A stretch of DNA of 64,000 nt from a virus, in the IMG/VR virus record IMGVR_UViG_3300045988_058566, positions 122,600 to 186,599 of that record; one strand, 5' to 3'. The notes under the pieces are model-generated. The model saw nothing but the letters and a program-made list of their open reading frames with translations. It had not been told where the DNA came from and did no database searches. A program made the position numbers and the translations under genes. Positions 12,501-27,169 of this stretch are shown here, piece after piece; positions within the stretch are counted from its first letter, which is position 1; the number at the start of each line of letters is the position of its first letter.

Positions 12501-15500
12501 TATATCATACCAATGGTTAGAAGTAGCTGCGTAAGTTGCACCATTATAAAATATAATAGAAGTGACTGCACTTTTTGTTTCAAAACAGAGAGCCTCATTT
12601 CCTGCAGTAGAATAGGATAAAGTAGTTTTATAAGATGCTTCGTTTCTAAAGATTATAGATGGGCGAGCATTAATGTTACTGTCTAAGTTAATACCAGCAC
12701 TTGTGTTAAACTAAGCTAATAAATATTGGGCACTAGTAGTATCACCACTTCCAGTTGAGGCGTATATACGGGTATTTGCTGTATATGTTTGTGCCCCATA
12801 TCCTATATATAGGTTATGATCAGTATTTTTACTATTTAAATCAGCATCGATATGCCTCATGGAAGTCTATGTTAAATTAGCATAACTTCCAACATATCTA
12901 TTGGTATGTAATCTCCTATTTTTAGGATTGTAATACAAATCAGCCCAGGACTTATATAATTGGTTGCCTACTGCAGAATTAGTATTAGATTGACTAGACC
13001 ATACCAGCGGATAATTTGCATCCCCTGTAGTATACTAACTAACCATTATATGATTAGTTACACTTGAAAGATCTGAAGTATCAAGTACTCTATATTTACC
13101 TTCCTTTTGATAAAAATACCCATCTAACTACATATATAAAGCACTATTTTTACCACATAATCCATAAGCTCCATTAGAGCCATAATCGTAGCTAGATACA
13201 TTAGTAAAACCATTAGCAGCTGTTAAAGTTCCCCAACCTGGAATACTGCCTCCCTCCAAACGAGATGCATAACCGTCTAAGTTAGCATATATTTTGTTTT
13301 TATTAAAATTAAGACCTGGACAACTAGTATATGGTCCTCCTGTATTCTATGAATAGGAACCACTAGTCCATGTATATTTCTAATCATGAGGAGTAAAAGT
13401 GGCATCAAAATCAGTATAGACTCTGTATCTAGAGCCCCCTCTTAAAAAGAGTACTCCTAATGATGGATTACCTAACTGCATCCAACCACAAGGATTCTGT
13501 GAACAAAATTTATAAGTATAATTTAAACATATAGTATCAGAATCAGTAGTTCCCCATCCACTGGCTGTTGCCCATATTTCCATATTACAAGTAATTCCAG
13601 AATTATGAGTAGCCCAAGAAGGTTTATCTCCACTATTTAGCTACACTGAGACTTTAATTTTATTATATCCAGTATAAGGTAACTCTACTGTAACAGGATG
13701 CCAGTAACTTCCACTATAATTACGCATATCGATAATCTAGGACTTCCAAGTTAATACCTGTGACGTTAATGCTAGAGTGCCACTTGCTGATGGGAGATAA
13801 ACAATATTGCTATAATTACCCTAACACATAAGAGCTGTTGAGTAATCTGACCCAGTAGAGTTATCATAATGAAACTCTAGATGTTTTCCTATATCCATAT
13901 ATCCATTAGTGGTAATAGCTGGAATAGTACCCCAAGGCTTATTATTTCCACTAGTGGCGTGCAAGCCATCTACCTTGTCAGAGTTAGTGGCATTATCCAC
14001 TTGAGTTATAGTAGTACCATTAATAACCCCTTTACCATTAGAAGTATAAGTAGAAGATGTATCAAGAATAGTATAAAGAACAGACTAATTAGAAGTCCAT
14101 CTCTAAAACTATTTATCCTTAGCACTACTATTTAATCCTATATATCCATATACATTTGATTTGCCTCTAAATTGAATAGAAGCACCATTAACATCATCGT
14201 TTCTTTTTATAGTTAATGCTCCGAAATTTGCAGTGTCAATAGTTAAAACACCAGACATAGTATCTCCTGACTTCTTAACATAACGTCCATCAGCAGTACC
14301 ACTACTATATACAGTAATACTATTATTATTAATTTTAATAGTAGAACCATTTATATAACTATTTCCACTATGTAAAATATTACTGCCTCTCCATTTAAAT
14401 TCAGAATCTCTAATTCTTAATAATTCAGTTACATACTCTTTACCATTTAAAGTGCCACGTTCATCAATAATTAATCCACCATCACATATCTTATCATTGT
14501 TATCAAGCAGAGATATTATTCTAGCGTCAGCATTAGTACCAAAGTAATTATTGTCAGCATGGAATTTAAGACCATCTCCTAATTGCATAATGCCTCCTGT
14601 AAGCTTCAAATAACGGTCATCGTGATTATGTCCACTAGTAGCAGCTCCTATAGAACTAGGTGTAATATTTATATTCTTAGCAGCACTTCCATCGTAAGGA
14701 CCCTGACTTGTTCCATTTAAGCTAATAGTTAAAGCATGTGGATTTTTTAAAGAACTAGGAATATCTGTAGAATACACTAATCTGTGTTGGGAAAAAGAAC
14801 CATTAGAAATTCCTATATAATAAGCAGCATCGTAGTGGGCAACAAAAAATCCTCCATAGGGATTGTTTTCATAGCCATATAAGAAATATCCCATATAATA
14901 ACTACCGTTACCATATGCAGAACTAAGCATAGATATAAACTTATTTCTAGGAATTGAGGTTTTATTTTTATTAAATACAGATTTTAATGCAGCAGCGTGA
15001 GAATCTCCATTTATATGTGAAGCCCAAGGTTCTAGACTATTATGAGTGTGATTTTTAGCAGCTGCACCTACATTATCATATGTAAGATTAACTATTTTGG
15101 AAACACTGCCGTCATAAGTTGCTAGGGTAGTGCCATTCGCCTATAAGGTTAAGGAGTACGGATTTTTTAAAGAAGAAGGAAGGTCACTTTTAAGAGCTAT
15201 AGGTTTACCATCTAACTTAAGAGTATTTTTAGCTATAAATAAACCTACAGTGCCTGACCAGGGAGCTTCACTTGTTTTGTAAGGAACAATAGCTATAGAG
15301 CCTGTGGAATCATTTCCCCCTGTATTATGTAATCCAATTTCTCTTCCATATTGTTTAGTCTCTCCATCAACAGACCAGCTTACTATAGAATCATAATTAG
15401 AAGTAGAACGTAAAGGTTTAATTATATCGACGTTTGGGCTAAGAATAATATTACCAGTCATTGTACCTCCTGTTAACTTGAGGTATCTATCATCATGTGT

Positions 15501-15860
15501 ATGACCTGAGTTAGACTTACCATCAATTAAACCCTTTAATACTTTACCTTGTTTAGCAGAAAGAGAACTAGTAGTGGAATCACTAGTTAAGTTATCCACT
15601 ACTGGTCTCCAAGTAGAATTGATAGTTACTACACCATTAGTATTAGTTAATGTAGTATTACTACCATTTCGTAAGTCTAAGGTATGAGAACCTATACTTA
15701 CATTATTTATTTTTATATCTCTCCAAGTATTAGTATCTGTACCATAAAATTTAACCCCTCGTGCAAATATATTTCGCCCTCTGAGGTCAAATGTAATATC
15801 TTTGTTATTTGGTGGAGCTGTTAAAGCTGCCACTGTAGAGGGATTAAATGCTATTCTCAT
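9501..15860 (-). CDS. giant tail fibre protein (about 2119 aa, TAG-containing)
   Basis: Six track fragments (9873, 10659, 11814, 13380, 14109, 15141) share one frame. Gaps 12441-13379, 13584-14108 and 14931-15143 were checked codon by codon and contain only TAG. Start ATG 15860, stop TAA 9501-9503. Repeated SSLKNPxxL and GH(T/N)HDDRYLKLTGG modules. Confidence 0.7.
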
Positions 15861-15866
15861 TATTTA

Positions 15867-16973
15867 TTAAACATGTTCATATTCATTTGTATCTAAATTA
15901 TACCATGCAATTCCAAAATCTATTGTTACTGTATCATTGGTTTCAGCTTTGGAAACATATATATCCCCTGAAGCATCTATATTTAAAGCCTTGCTACCTA
16001 TAGATACATTACCTATCTTAATATCTCTCCAAGTATTTTCATCACTTATTTTACCCCCATAAGCATTTTCTAAGTTAGCTCTAGTCAGGAAGATTTTACC
16101 ATTACTATCTACTGATATTGTAGGTTTAGTAGCATTATCAATGCTTACACCTCCAATACTAGAAGTTGTAGCAGGGGCTAAGTTTATTTTTACAGCAGTA
16201 GAACCATCATAAGAAAACTTTAATAGTCCTACTCCATTAGTCAAAGCGTTGGCTACTTTAGAAGCAGTTCCTATAACTATACTTGCAGGATTTGCCCAAG
16301 TAGGTGCGCTTCCAGTCCCTCCAGAAACTAAAATATTTCCAGAAGTGCCTGCACTTACTGGAGCGAACATAGTTAAACCAGAGGTATCATTAGAATATAT
16401 TTTATGTACTTTACCGTTAATTACGAAGTCAACAGTACCATTAATATTAGTCTAAGCTACTGTCCATTTTGCAGCTTTATTAGTACCACTGGCAGTAATA
16501 CACATTAATAAGTCTCCTGCTTCGCATTGAAATCCTTCATAATTACCTGATTTAGTAACTCTATAAGTATCACCCACCTATGCAGACGGTATGTCAGATT
16601 TTACATCATTAACTAAGTATTTATTTGTATCTGAGGTACCATTATATGTAGGATTTAATCCAATAGTACCCTTAAATCGCATTGCTGAATTAAGCACATA
16701 ACTATCATTAATTTTCTAATTAATGGTTGCAGAATCCCACAAATGCTTATTATCTGGATTTTTACCATCTGTTATAGGTAGTTTATCAATAGGAATAGTT
16801 CCGTTCCCCCAAGGAATATAGTCAACTCCATGAGTAATAATATGCCCATCCTTAGTAAAAATCAATTTAACATAATCATTTTCCTAAGAACCTTCAAGGC
16901 TAGGAGAACTCACTGTCAAATCCTTATATTTAACTACATCTTTATATTGTGTTATAAAATTAAGTAGTGCCAT
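15867..16973 (-). CDS. tail fibre protein (367 aa, TAG-containing)
   Basis: ATG 16973..16971 and TAA 15867-15869 are in frame; the C-terminal part is track ORF 15867..16370; shares the NTWRDIKI.NVSIGS motif with the giant fibre. Confidence 0.6.
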
Positions 16974-17304
16974 TTCCCCAAGTTAATTTAATATTATTAT
17001 TTTCATTAATGAAATCATCTCCAAAATTTAGATTAGTCTCTGTATTACCATCGTATTTAACACACTGCACTCCGTTTATAAATATATTTAATTTTTCAAC
17101 AGGCTCTGTATTAATTATTTCTCCCTATTTATTATATTGAACTTTTAAATTCTATGGAGATGTATTAGGAGTAATTACTGTTCTTTCTATATAATCTCCT
17201 AAAGTCTATACTTTATTTTTATAATTAACCAATACTGCTTCTTGTGATGTTCTTGGGAATATAAGTGTAGTACCGTGCTTAAGTTGTTCAATTTGTTGTG
17301 ACAT
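16960..17304 (-). CDS. hypothetical virion protein (114 aa, TAG-containing)
   Basis: ATG 17304..17302 (MSQQIEQLKHGTT...) and TAA 16960-16962 are in frame. Confidence 0.45.
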
Positions 17305-17869
17305 TACTTCCACTCATTAAATTATCATATAAATCTTTAGGAATTTCATAATTAACCCTAATTATAGTTCCACTACTATTAGTTACTGGAATACTAGTTA
17401 TGTAATCTGATAAATCAATAGTAGTTTTGGATTCTCCTAGTTTTTCCCATTTGTAAGTTTCGCCTACTTTAACGCATAGCCACTCTACAAATATATTTGC
17501 TCCATCTTCAGTATTATCTGAAGTTCCTGGAACTAAGTATAAAGTATTAGTTACTTCTGCAGATGCTTGTGGTAATGTAGAAACAATTTTATAAATATCT
17601 CCAATATTGGCAGTGGTACTAATTACTCCATCTTTAATAACTATACCATTACCGGCAGTTAATTTATCCTATTTAGTGTCCTATAAATTTTTAATATTTA
17701 TAGTATTGGTACCAACTACTCCTGTTAAACTATATAAGACTCGATCAAGAGTCGTTATCTTTAAGGAATTAAATCCAGGAAGATTATTAGTATTAACTAC
17801 AATTGCTTCTGCTAAAGAAATAGGAACAAATTCTTTACCTTGTTGAAATAATCTTCTAATTTCTGTCAT
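17288..17869 (-). CDS. hypothetical virion protein (193 aa, TAG-containing)
   Basis: Track ORF 17681..17869 extends through TAG to TGA 17288-17290, in frame. Confidence 0.5.
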
Positions 17870-18309
17870 AAACCAAATAATTGTTCAGGAATTTCATAAT
17901 CTATATTTGCTTTAATAGCAGAGTTAACAAAGTCTAAATTCTCAACCAAATTATATACTTCTTTTTTGGTAATAAAAATAGATGTGTCTAGATTTGCAAC
18001 TGCATCTGCTAAAACTTTACCTACTTCATCTTTACTATAAACTCCTAAATTATTCCTAGCTAATGCCTTCTCAGATTCCTCTTTAAATTCTCCTAAATAA
18101 TTTTCTTTACAAAGATGAGTATGTAGCTCAGGTTTAGGACAATTTGTAGTTAATTTATCATCACAGCTAAATCCACTATCTATAGTTGTCTTTTTAAATT
18201 CTACTTTATCAGGAATTTCGATAGGAATAGAAGGAGGTTTTTCAGGTTGTGGTGGAACAAAAATGGACCAGGAGGAATTATCTCCCAGTCCAATCTTTAT
18301 GTCATTCAT
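17866..18309 (-). CDS. hypothetical protein (TAG-free)
   Basis: Intact 147-aa ORF; ATGA overlaps at both ends. Confidence 0.5.
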   Translation of the reverse strand: MNDIKIGLGDNSSWSIFVPPQPEKPPSIPIEIPDKVEFKKTTIDSGFSCDDKLTTNCPKPELHTHLCKENYLGEFKEESEKALARNNLGVYSKDEVGKVLADAVANLDTSIFITKKEVYNLVENLDFVNSAIKANIDYEIPEQLFGL

Positions 18310-18773
18310 TGTAATCTTATTTTCTTAGGATAATTTGCTGTAAAATCATAATTAAGTAATTCTTCTGTAGATTTTAACTAGTTAATAGCTACTCTGTGTT
18401 TAGCAGTTACTGCAAAGCACTCTCCTGCATAAACTTCTAACTTATTTAAGAATTCTTTTAATTTGTCAGCAGAAATATCTAATAGTTCAGAACCTAACTA
18501 AACAGTTATAGTCTAAGCTCCACAATTAATTAAATTCTGTAATCCAATTCTAGTATCTTTGTCCAACCACTTCTTATCTTCTTTATAATAGAAAGAATTT
18601 ACATTAGTAGACTTATCATAAGATGTTAATTTAGCTTGCAAAATATCTTTTAACTAAAAATCAAAACAAGCCCCATCTTTTTCTATTAATAATTCTTTCC
18701 ATTTAGGGAGAGGAAGGGCTAATAAGTCCTCCCTCTCTAACATATTATTTAAAGATAAATTTTTATCAACCAT
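18306..18773 (-). CDS. hypothetical protein (155 aa, TAG-containing)
   Basis: ATG 18773..18771 and TGA 18306-18308 are in frame. Confidence 0.45.
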
Positions 18774-21700
18774 TCTAAGTATCTTTATTATAAGTAAATT
18801 GTGTAAATGGAACTCCCTAATGTTTAGTTACCCTCCAAGCAGCTATATACTAATACATATTAGCATCATATGCATTATTGCTAAAGGTTCTACCTGGAAT
18901 CCACTCATATCTATGTGCGGTGCAATTATAATCTGTACACATACTCTAATATGAGTAACTATTATAATTAGAAGAAGCATTTATAGTAGTAGATGTATTC
19001 TAATTACTAGCTATATTAGCCCATACAGAAGGGAAGTTAGTTCCCATAACTGATTTAGCATTAGAGAATATTGCTTTATTCTTAGCCTCAGTACCAGAAC
19101 TTTGTTTAGTAATAGTTTCTGCAACAGAAGTGCTATCAATAAAGTTAGTACCTTTAGCACTATAACCTCTATAATACATAATTCTTGCTAACTATTTAGC
19201 AGATGGAATATACCAATTACCCTAAGCAAACTAATTATAAATAGCACTTTCAGCAGACTTTAATGTAGGCTGGTATAAAGCGGCAGCGTAATAATAAGGA
19301 TAAATTACACAACTAGATAACTCATCAGAAGTCACATTAGTAATTTTTAATCCTTTGCACAAAGCTACTAACTTATCCATACTTTTTATACTATAAGTCT
19401 AAGTAGTACTATCATAAGTGATATAACTCTTAACCTAATTCTAAAAACTAGAATATAATTTACTAAGGACAGAAGTATTTACTGTATTTACATAAATAGC
19501 AGTATCTTCCTTACCTGTAAATCCATTCGTAGTAAAGTCAGTATAAGATTTATATGTAATCTAATCTGCAGGTTTATCAGTAGATACACCCAGCATAGCT
19601 ATATAATCATTAGAATCAGAACTATTAGCACTTGTCATCAATCCCTGATTTTTAAGCCAATCACCTATATAATATAGTTCTTTAAGAGTTAAGTCATCAC
19701 CACCATTAATACCTTCTGGACTAAATCCAAGATAGAATGAGGCATTCTCAGTCATATTCTCCTTACCTATAACATAGGCTGTTCCACTAGTATCATTAGT
19801 AATCTCTACAGCATATACCATACCTACACAAGTCTTATTAGCATTATAGTTATTAGAGTATGAACCATCATAATAAACAAAGTCTCCAATTTGAGGAGCT
19901 GTCCACTAGATTTTAACTTTACATGTAAGTTTAGTAGGAGTAGAATTTCCAATTCTATATACTAAAATATTAATTACTGGCTATACGGTAACACTTTCTT
20001 TAATTAAAGTGATGTTACCTGTCTTTGAGTCTACTTTTAAGTACTACTCATAAGTAGAACTAGCTAACTAATAATCAATATGTAATCTAGGAGTTGGGTC
20101 ACTTACTATTTCTACCTAGTTACTATTAATCTAAAGATTAAATTTACCAGTTCCCTTATCACCTAATCCAAATACAGTTATTTCAGAATCACAAGTGGCA
20201 GAGAAAGCTGAACTAGATGCTTTATAATTAACTTTTGGATTATTAGTCGCACTGTCAATATTTCCAAACTATTCTACTAAACTCTTCTTAGTGTCATAAC
20301 TAATCTCTACTAAATCACCTGTACTATCTACAATATTAATTGTTCCAGTAATATTGTTTTTAACAGAGAGTAACTTAGAAAGAGTTTGCTCAGTTACATT
20401 AATAGTTAAGTTACGTAAAGAAACAGATTCGAGACTGTTACAATCAACTAACTATTCTAAGAAAGAATCTACATCGAACTGTCCAACATTAGATAAATCT
20501 ACTGTCTTTAAATTACTAATTCCCTCTAGTCTAAGTTCTTTAACTGGATTATATAATTCCAATGTCTCAATAGTTTCAGGAAGAATTACAGTTTCAGCCT
20601 TGCTTGGTAATATGACTCTCTTGAATGTAGTTCCACTTAAATTGACCTCTTTTAACTTATTAAAGTCTGTAAGATTAAGAGTTTCAAGTGTAGTCATATT
20701 ATTAAGAGTCAAACTTTCCAATACAGGACCTCTCATTACAAACTCATCTAATCTATATTTAGGATAATCAGCTCCAAAGAAATCTTTATAAGTCTTTAAG
20801 TTATTATTATCAATAGTAAAGTTAGTTAATCTAGTATAGGAATCTTTAGGTTTAATACTATAGTTAACTAAACCAGTTATATTAAGTTTCTTATATAATA
20901 CTGTAGAAATTAAACCCTCGTTAATAGCTGGACCTGTTTCTTTCAGATTAACTACATAATTCTAATCTGCTTTAACTAAGTACTTAATTATATCAGGTCT
21001 ATAATCAGCATTATCATTAGGCATTAAATACTTAGTGCCGTCATAGTAATATGTAGGATAGAAATCCTAGAAAGGAGTGAACTCCAATCTTAACTACAGA
21101 GGTCTTTCATTACCTCCAGCAGAAGAACCTGTTGGATAATCAGGAGTAGTACTCTACTTAGTATATGAAGCTAAGAAGTTCTTTCTCTTTTCCATAAACT
21201 ATTGCTCACCTTCTAAGCATGAACCATGGCTCTACTCAATAGGTTCAATCTAGTTATTATCATAGTACTCAATAGCACCTGCATTCTTAATTATCTGAGC
21301 ATTCTCATAATAAATTTGAGCAGTGTGATTATAAGCAATAGCAGGATACTTATCTGCCTAAATACTATAGAAATATTTATAGAAATTGGTATTCTCTCCT
21401 GAAGCTGTTCCAAATGCTTGATTAATTACTGTATAAAGTTTATTTTTAATAATATCTTCAAACTACAAATCAAACATATAGAAGAAAGCATTTAATCCAC
21501 TATCACCCCATTGAGAAGCAGTCTCTGGGACATAAGATGGTTCAAGTAAATTATAAGGTTTAGACTGTAAACCATTATTATCAGTTGCAATAACAGTATC
21601 CAAATCATCACCGTATAATCTAATTAAGTAATCACCTTTATCTGATGGCTACCAATTATCAGCTTCGTCAGTCTATGCTTTATTTTCATAGATTTTACCA

Positions 21701-24700
21701 AATATCTAGAAGTAAGTGTTTTTAGCTCTATTATCAGTACCTGATAAGAATCTAATTACTGCTTGATGCATAGCTACATCATTTACGTCTATATACTTAG
21801 TTATGCCCTTCTTAAATAAAGATTTGAGTTCATCAATAGCTATATCAAGCTAATTAATACTAGAATCCATTTCAAAGTCTTCGTAGATATTAAGTCTTGA
21901 CCAACCAGTAGTAGGATCGTATATAGTACCTCCTCTTACCCAGCCTCCAACAGCTTCTCCAGTAGCACTTGTACTTCCTGCAAACTCATCATAACGATAA
22001 ATATCACCTTCTCTAGAACCAGTAAATGCTGGAATAGCTTTAGTAGCTATATATCTATTTAATGTATTCCATTTAGTAATATCTGTTTCACCAGTCTTAA
22101 CTAAATTAAAGTTGTATTTATAAACAAAGTCTACAAACTCTCCAAACTTATTTAATGATTTACGAGCAGGCTCTGTGAAATCAGTAGCATCCTCATTTAA
22201 TCCAAAGTCCACATCCCAAGAACCACGATTCTAGTAAACAATAGATTCATCCTAAATCCAAAGATTCTTTGTATAATCTCTATTAGGTGATTTCTATTCT
22301 GCTACTGTTACTGTAGGGAAATTAGTTAATGTTTTAGAACCTGCTGCATTTAATCCTACACGTTGTAAAGCAGCCCAAGGTCTTCTAAAGTTAACATGAG
22401 GGTCAGAGTTTTCACCACCCTCTATTAAGATATATTCAGGAGTTTTATCATCATCGTAACCAAAAGTAGCCTTATCTCCTTTAGCTGAACCAAATGTCTA
22501 GAATCCCATAAACTAAACATTAGGATTCTTAAGTAAGTCCGCTAATTCATAGTTAGCTACAGACTCTAAATCAGTAATTAAATAGAAGTATAGGAAAGCT
22601 TCTTCATGTACTGCCTTACGACCTCCCATAAGTAACCCGGTCTAGTCAGAGTCTGATTTATATGCATCATTATAAAGTTTACAAGCACCCTCTTTATGAG
22701 ACTACATAGAAGAGGCAAAATTAACCTTACCTACGAGTTTAGTTACCCTTAAATCTTTTTCAGAAGAGTCATACTAACCACTATAAGGAGGCATGTTGTA
22801 GTAACCTTTCTTTTCATGGGTAGGTTTAGCTATGAATTTATTAGTAGTAGTATCTAAATCTTCATAAGGAGTAAATATACTCTTTACTTTAGTTTCTCCA
22901 TCCTTAAACTTATTTAACTAGAATGCTGTATTCCAAATTAAATAACGCATAGCAGAAGAACCCTAACCCTTAACAAGACCATTATTTATTCTACCGCCAT
23001 ATATTTTATTAATTGCCTAATCAGCATAGTTAATAAATAATGTGCATCTAATTTTCTTAGCTGCTTTATCTTGATCTCCAGGTTTATTATTTTCACCTTG
23101 CCAAGTTCTATTTGGTAACTTACCTCCTTTAGGGAATACATATACTAATGTATTGTATTTACCAAAACTCTTAGCAAATGAGATAGCACCATTGGTTCCT
23201 AAGATATTATTTCTATCATAGAACTTATCCTTCTACTCTCTAGTAGCTAAGAAAGAAATATAATTATGCTAAATCTAATCAAAGGTAAGTGCTGTAGAAT
23301 TATAAACTCTTAACAGATATAAGTCTAGGTCAGAACCCTTAGGATTTATTTGTAACTAAGCTTCCTTCTACAAGGCGAGTAAAGTAGCATCATCAATAGA
23401 TATTTCTCTGTTAATTACCCCATTAACATAGATTCTTACTAAGTTAAACTTGGCACTTTCCAAATTAGCTTTTAATGTATTATAAGAATCCTATGCCAAG
23501 AAATAATTAGGGTAATATGGATCATTCTAATTAAGAGTAAATCCTTTTTGTACAGTAATAGTAATATGAGTATCTGTGTCTTCTTTGAATTGTGCAAATC
23601 TAGCATTATAAAGCTATGCTGCTGATGTATTCCAGCATACTACAGTTGGTTTAATTAACATTTGACCAAATGTAATTACTGGGGACTCTTCATTACTTAT
23701 ATTATAGGATTTAAATCCAAATTCAAGAGTAAAGTTATTACTTAACTATAAATCAACAGGAGTTTCAAATACTTTATCAGTGTTAGACTCTACTCTATAT
23801 ATTATCTTACCGTCTGAAGCTGTCCAATAATCTGGACTAGTATTAAACAAAGTAGTAGTTCTGCCATTTATCTAATCAAAGTTAATTGTAGGTCTAGGAC
23901 TAGCAGTATATAGATAGTTAGCATTTGCTTTAGAGATAGATAAGGTCTGATAATTAGACATAAATACCTTATCAGAACTAGTTGACTGGAACTAATAAAG
24001 CTTGCCATTTACCTCTACTTGTAAATACTATTTAGCATCATCACTATTTACTTCTATATATTTCTTATAAGTAACATCATACTTATTATTAGCATCATAA
24101 TTCTGAGCATTAACTACTACAGTATCAAGTAAGTTCTATCTGTCATCTGCTGAGTCAGAATTTAGATATGTATTAATAGTTACTGACTCTTTAGTAGGAC
24201 TATAAACAGTAAGTGTATACAACTTTACTGTATCGTGATTATTAATAGAACCAGTAATTCCATTTACTGCCACAGCAACTCCACTAAATCCAGAAGGATT
24301 AATTACACAAACATTTATATAATTTGTTGCAATGTTTTGAGTTTTATGTACTGCTTTAACAGTTAATAAATTTAATCCAGGCTATAATCCTCCAAAAGAC
24401 AAATTACCATCAGTGGTATTTGTAGGTTTTGCATTTAAATAACCCTCTAAGTGATATTCTGAAGCCAAACCTCCTTCAAGGGTAAACTAAGCAGTAGTAG
24501 AAATAACATTGCCTGTATACGACAGAGCTATTTTCTAGCTTTTAATAGATACATTAAGAATGCTAGATTTTTGTGGATAATCTACAAGGGTAGCAGTAAT
24601 TTTACTTTCCTATGAATCATTAAATAATTCTGTGATATTAACCCATCTTAATTCACTGTCAGCTTTATTGAGGTGCTCAATTTTTGTACCAGAGGAATCT

Positions 24701-25140
24701 AATGTAAAATCTTTTAATGCGTAAGGAGCAACAGTAGTTTCCATACTATTAACTCCATATTGTATCTTAACTTTTACGGCACCAGCTGCATCCTAAACAC
24801 CAAAAGACTAGGTAGTGGAAGTATGACTTGTAGCTACTGCTAATTCTACTTTGCTCTTAGAATTACACTACATAACTACTTCTCCAGTTTTATAAATAGT
24901 ACCATTAATTCTAACAGCAACAATCAATACATCCTAATCATAGGATGGAGTTTCTACAGTAACTCTAGTAGAAGTAATTGCATCTCCGTTATAATCTCTT
25001 AATGTAAGTGTACTATTAGCGAAGTCCATGGAATTAACAAGATGGCGAGAGATTAAATCTTCAACCTATTGACCGGTCTTTTCATTCCAAGGTGTCTCAA
25101 GTGATTCAATTTTATTTTCTAAATCTTTAAAGATTGCCAT
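18766..25140 (-). CDS. giant tail/host-interaction protein with leucine-rich-repeat segment (about 2124 aa, TAG-containing)
   Basis: Start ATG 25140, track fragments 21850, 20452 and 19561, and stop TGA 18766-18768 all share one frame. LRR-like LTLNNMTTLETLNLTDFNKLKEVNLSG... at about 20450-20740. Continuity only spot-checked. Confidence 0.55.
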
Positions 25141-25145
25141 TTTAT

Positions 25146-25367
25146 TTATTTATTTTTCCAATAATCGTTATCTAACCAATTTTTATCTGAAAGCCAAGAA
25201 CCACTACCATAACAGCTCTTTATAGCATTTAGCACAGTTAAAAACACTAACTAGGAACCTTTATATACAGCTCCTATACTTCTCTGTGCTACCTATTCAA
25301 TTGTATCAATTAGTTCTGAAAGATTTTTATTAATTTCAGAAACTAACTTGCCATTTCTATATATCAT
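25146..25367 (-). CDS. hypothetical protein (73 aa, TAG-containing)
   Basis: ATG 25367..25365 and TAA 25146-25148 are in frame. Confidence 0.4.
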
Positions 25368-25387
25368 TTAAAATCTAATGTAATTTA

Positions 25388-25996
25388 TTAGGCTTTTATC
25401 TAAGTATTAGTCTCAGTATGCTTGGCTTCAAGTGCTGCAATACGAGCCTCAAGTGCTGTAAGAGCTGTAACGTCAGCCTTAGCAGCAATCTATTCAGCAA
25501 TTTCACTTTTCTTAGCATACTCTTCAAGAGATTGGTGCTCTGTAAGATAATTACCCTTGGGCTGCTTTGCATCAATAGAAGCCTTTAACATATCAACCTA
25601 CTAATTAAGTGCTGTTGTAAGAACATAGTCATTAAGTACAGTAGTGTCTGCCTTCTGTGCAAGCTTTTCTGTAACATCTGATGTAATAGACGCTTCTGCT
25701 GTTTTAGCTCTTGTAATCTCTTCATTAAGGGCAACTGTAGTAGCTTTAGTAGCAATAGTATTACTAATAGCTGTATATAAATCATCATTATTCTTGAGTT
25801 TATCTGCAATCTCCTTCAATGTATCATAAGCTTCAGGGGCTCCTCCAATTAAGTCTTTTATAGTTTTTCTAAAGGAACCTTTAGTATTGGAATCCCCATT
25901 TATAATATTTACAAGGTTAGATAATAGTTTAAAATCTTTATTAGTGACATACTTAATTAAAGGCTAGTATTTTCCGTTTTTCCAAATTGTTGACAT
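25388..25996 (-). CDS. coiled-coil fibre-like protein (202 aa, TAG-containing)
   Basis: ATG 25996..25994, fragment 25601..25819 and TAA 25388-25390 share a frame; Ala/Thr/Lys heptad-like sequence. Confidence 0.5.
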
Positions 25997-26053
25997 AATA
26001 AATAAGTTTTAGTTTAATAAATAATAGGAAAAGACAACAATATAAGAATATTA

Positions 26054-27169
26054 TTAAACTTTAAATTTATCTATTATTTCATTTACTTTAGAAATACAAT
26101 CTGCTAAAGTCGCTGAATCTTGTAGTTTAGTTACACCCTGCATAATAGATTTTACCTATCTTTCCAATAAGTCTGCAGTTACAAACCCTGAATCATCTGT
26201 ATTTTTACCATATGTTAAATAGTAAGTGTCATCTTGTAAAGTACCATCTGTCTCTAACTATTTATATTCTTCTTGAGATAAACACATCCACTTAGGTACT
26301 TCTGAAACTTTAGCTAACCTCTCTACACCATAGAATATACCGTCAGTTTTGATACTCATGATATTACCTGAAGTATTCTAGATAGTATTTACTATTAAGC
26401 TTTCTAAGGTAGCTCTAGAGTTTTTAGTTATTTTGGTTTCTAACTATTCTGTGACTGTAGACTTGTATTCCTCAAAAGTTGTAGTATTTAAAAATGAAAA
26501 CTAGGTGTTTACATCACTCACTCCAAAATTTGAAGGCTTTAAATATTTAGAATCAGATGTTTCTGCTGTTTGATACTTATCTGTTACTTCTTTTAAAGTA
26601 GTTTCTGCAGTACCTTCTAAAAATGATTTATTTACATAAGTATTTGTGGCATCTTTTTTAGTTAAGTAGTTAGTAGTAATGTTAGTATTATTACTTTCTA
26701 CTTTCTTTTGTAAAGCTAGGAAACTAGTATTATCAGCTTTAGAAGATGCTAAGTTCCAAACACGTTGATACTATTCTTGATTTACATAATATGTATCTTT
26801 GTTCTCAATACTATCCTCATAAATATAATAGTAAGTATCATTATGTAAATAAGGCTTTTCAGAATCTATTGCAGTTCCCTGTTCTGTAGTATTTTTCTTC
26901 CATTCTGTATATTCAGCTTCTGTACAACTAACTAACTAAAGAGCTTTATAAGAAGCTACCCATCCATCAGAATTAGTTATATTAGTTTTATCTACTAACA
27001 TATAAATATAACCATCTTCAAGATTAGAAACTGACATACCTTCATATGCTATTTCAGCAGGAATAGTATATAATTCCTAAGTAGTATCTACTACAGTTCT
27101 ACAATCTAATGGTTTAGGAGTCTTTACTGAAAATGAAACTCCTAACAACGAATCACCTGTATATTTCAT
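26054..27169 (-). CDS. hypothetical virion protein (371 aa, TAG-containing)
   Basis: ATG 27169..27167 and TAA 26054-26056 are in frame. Confidence 0.45.
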
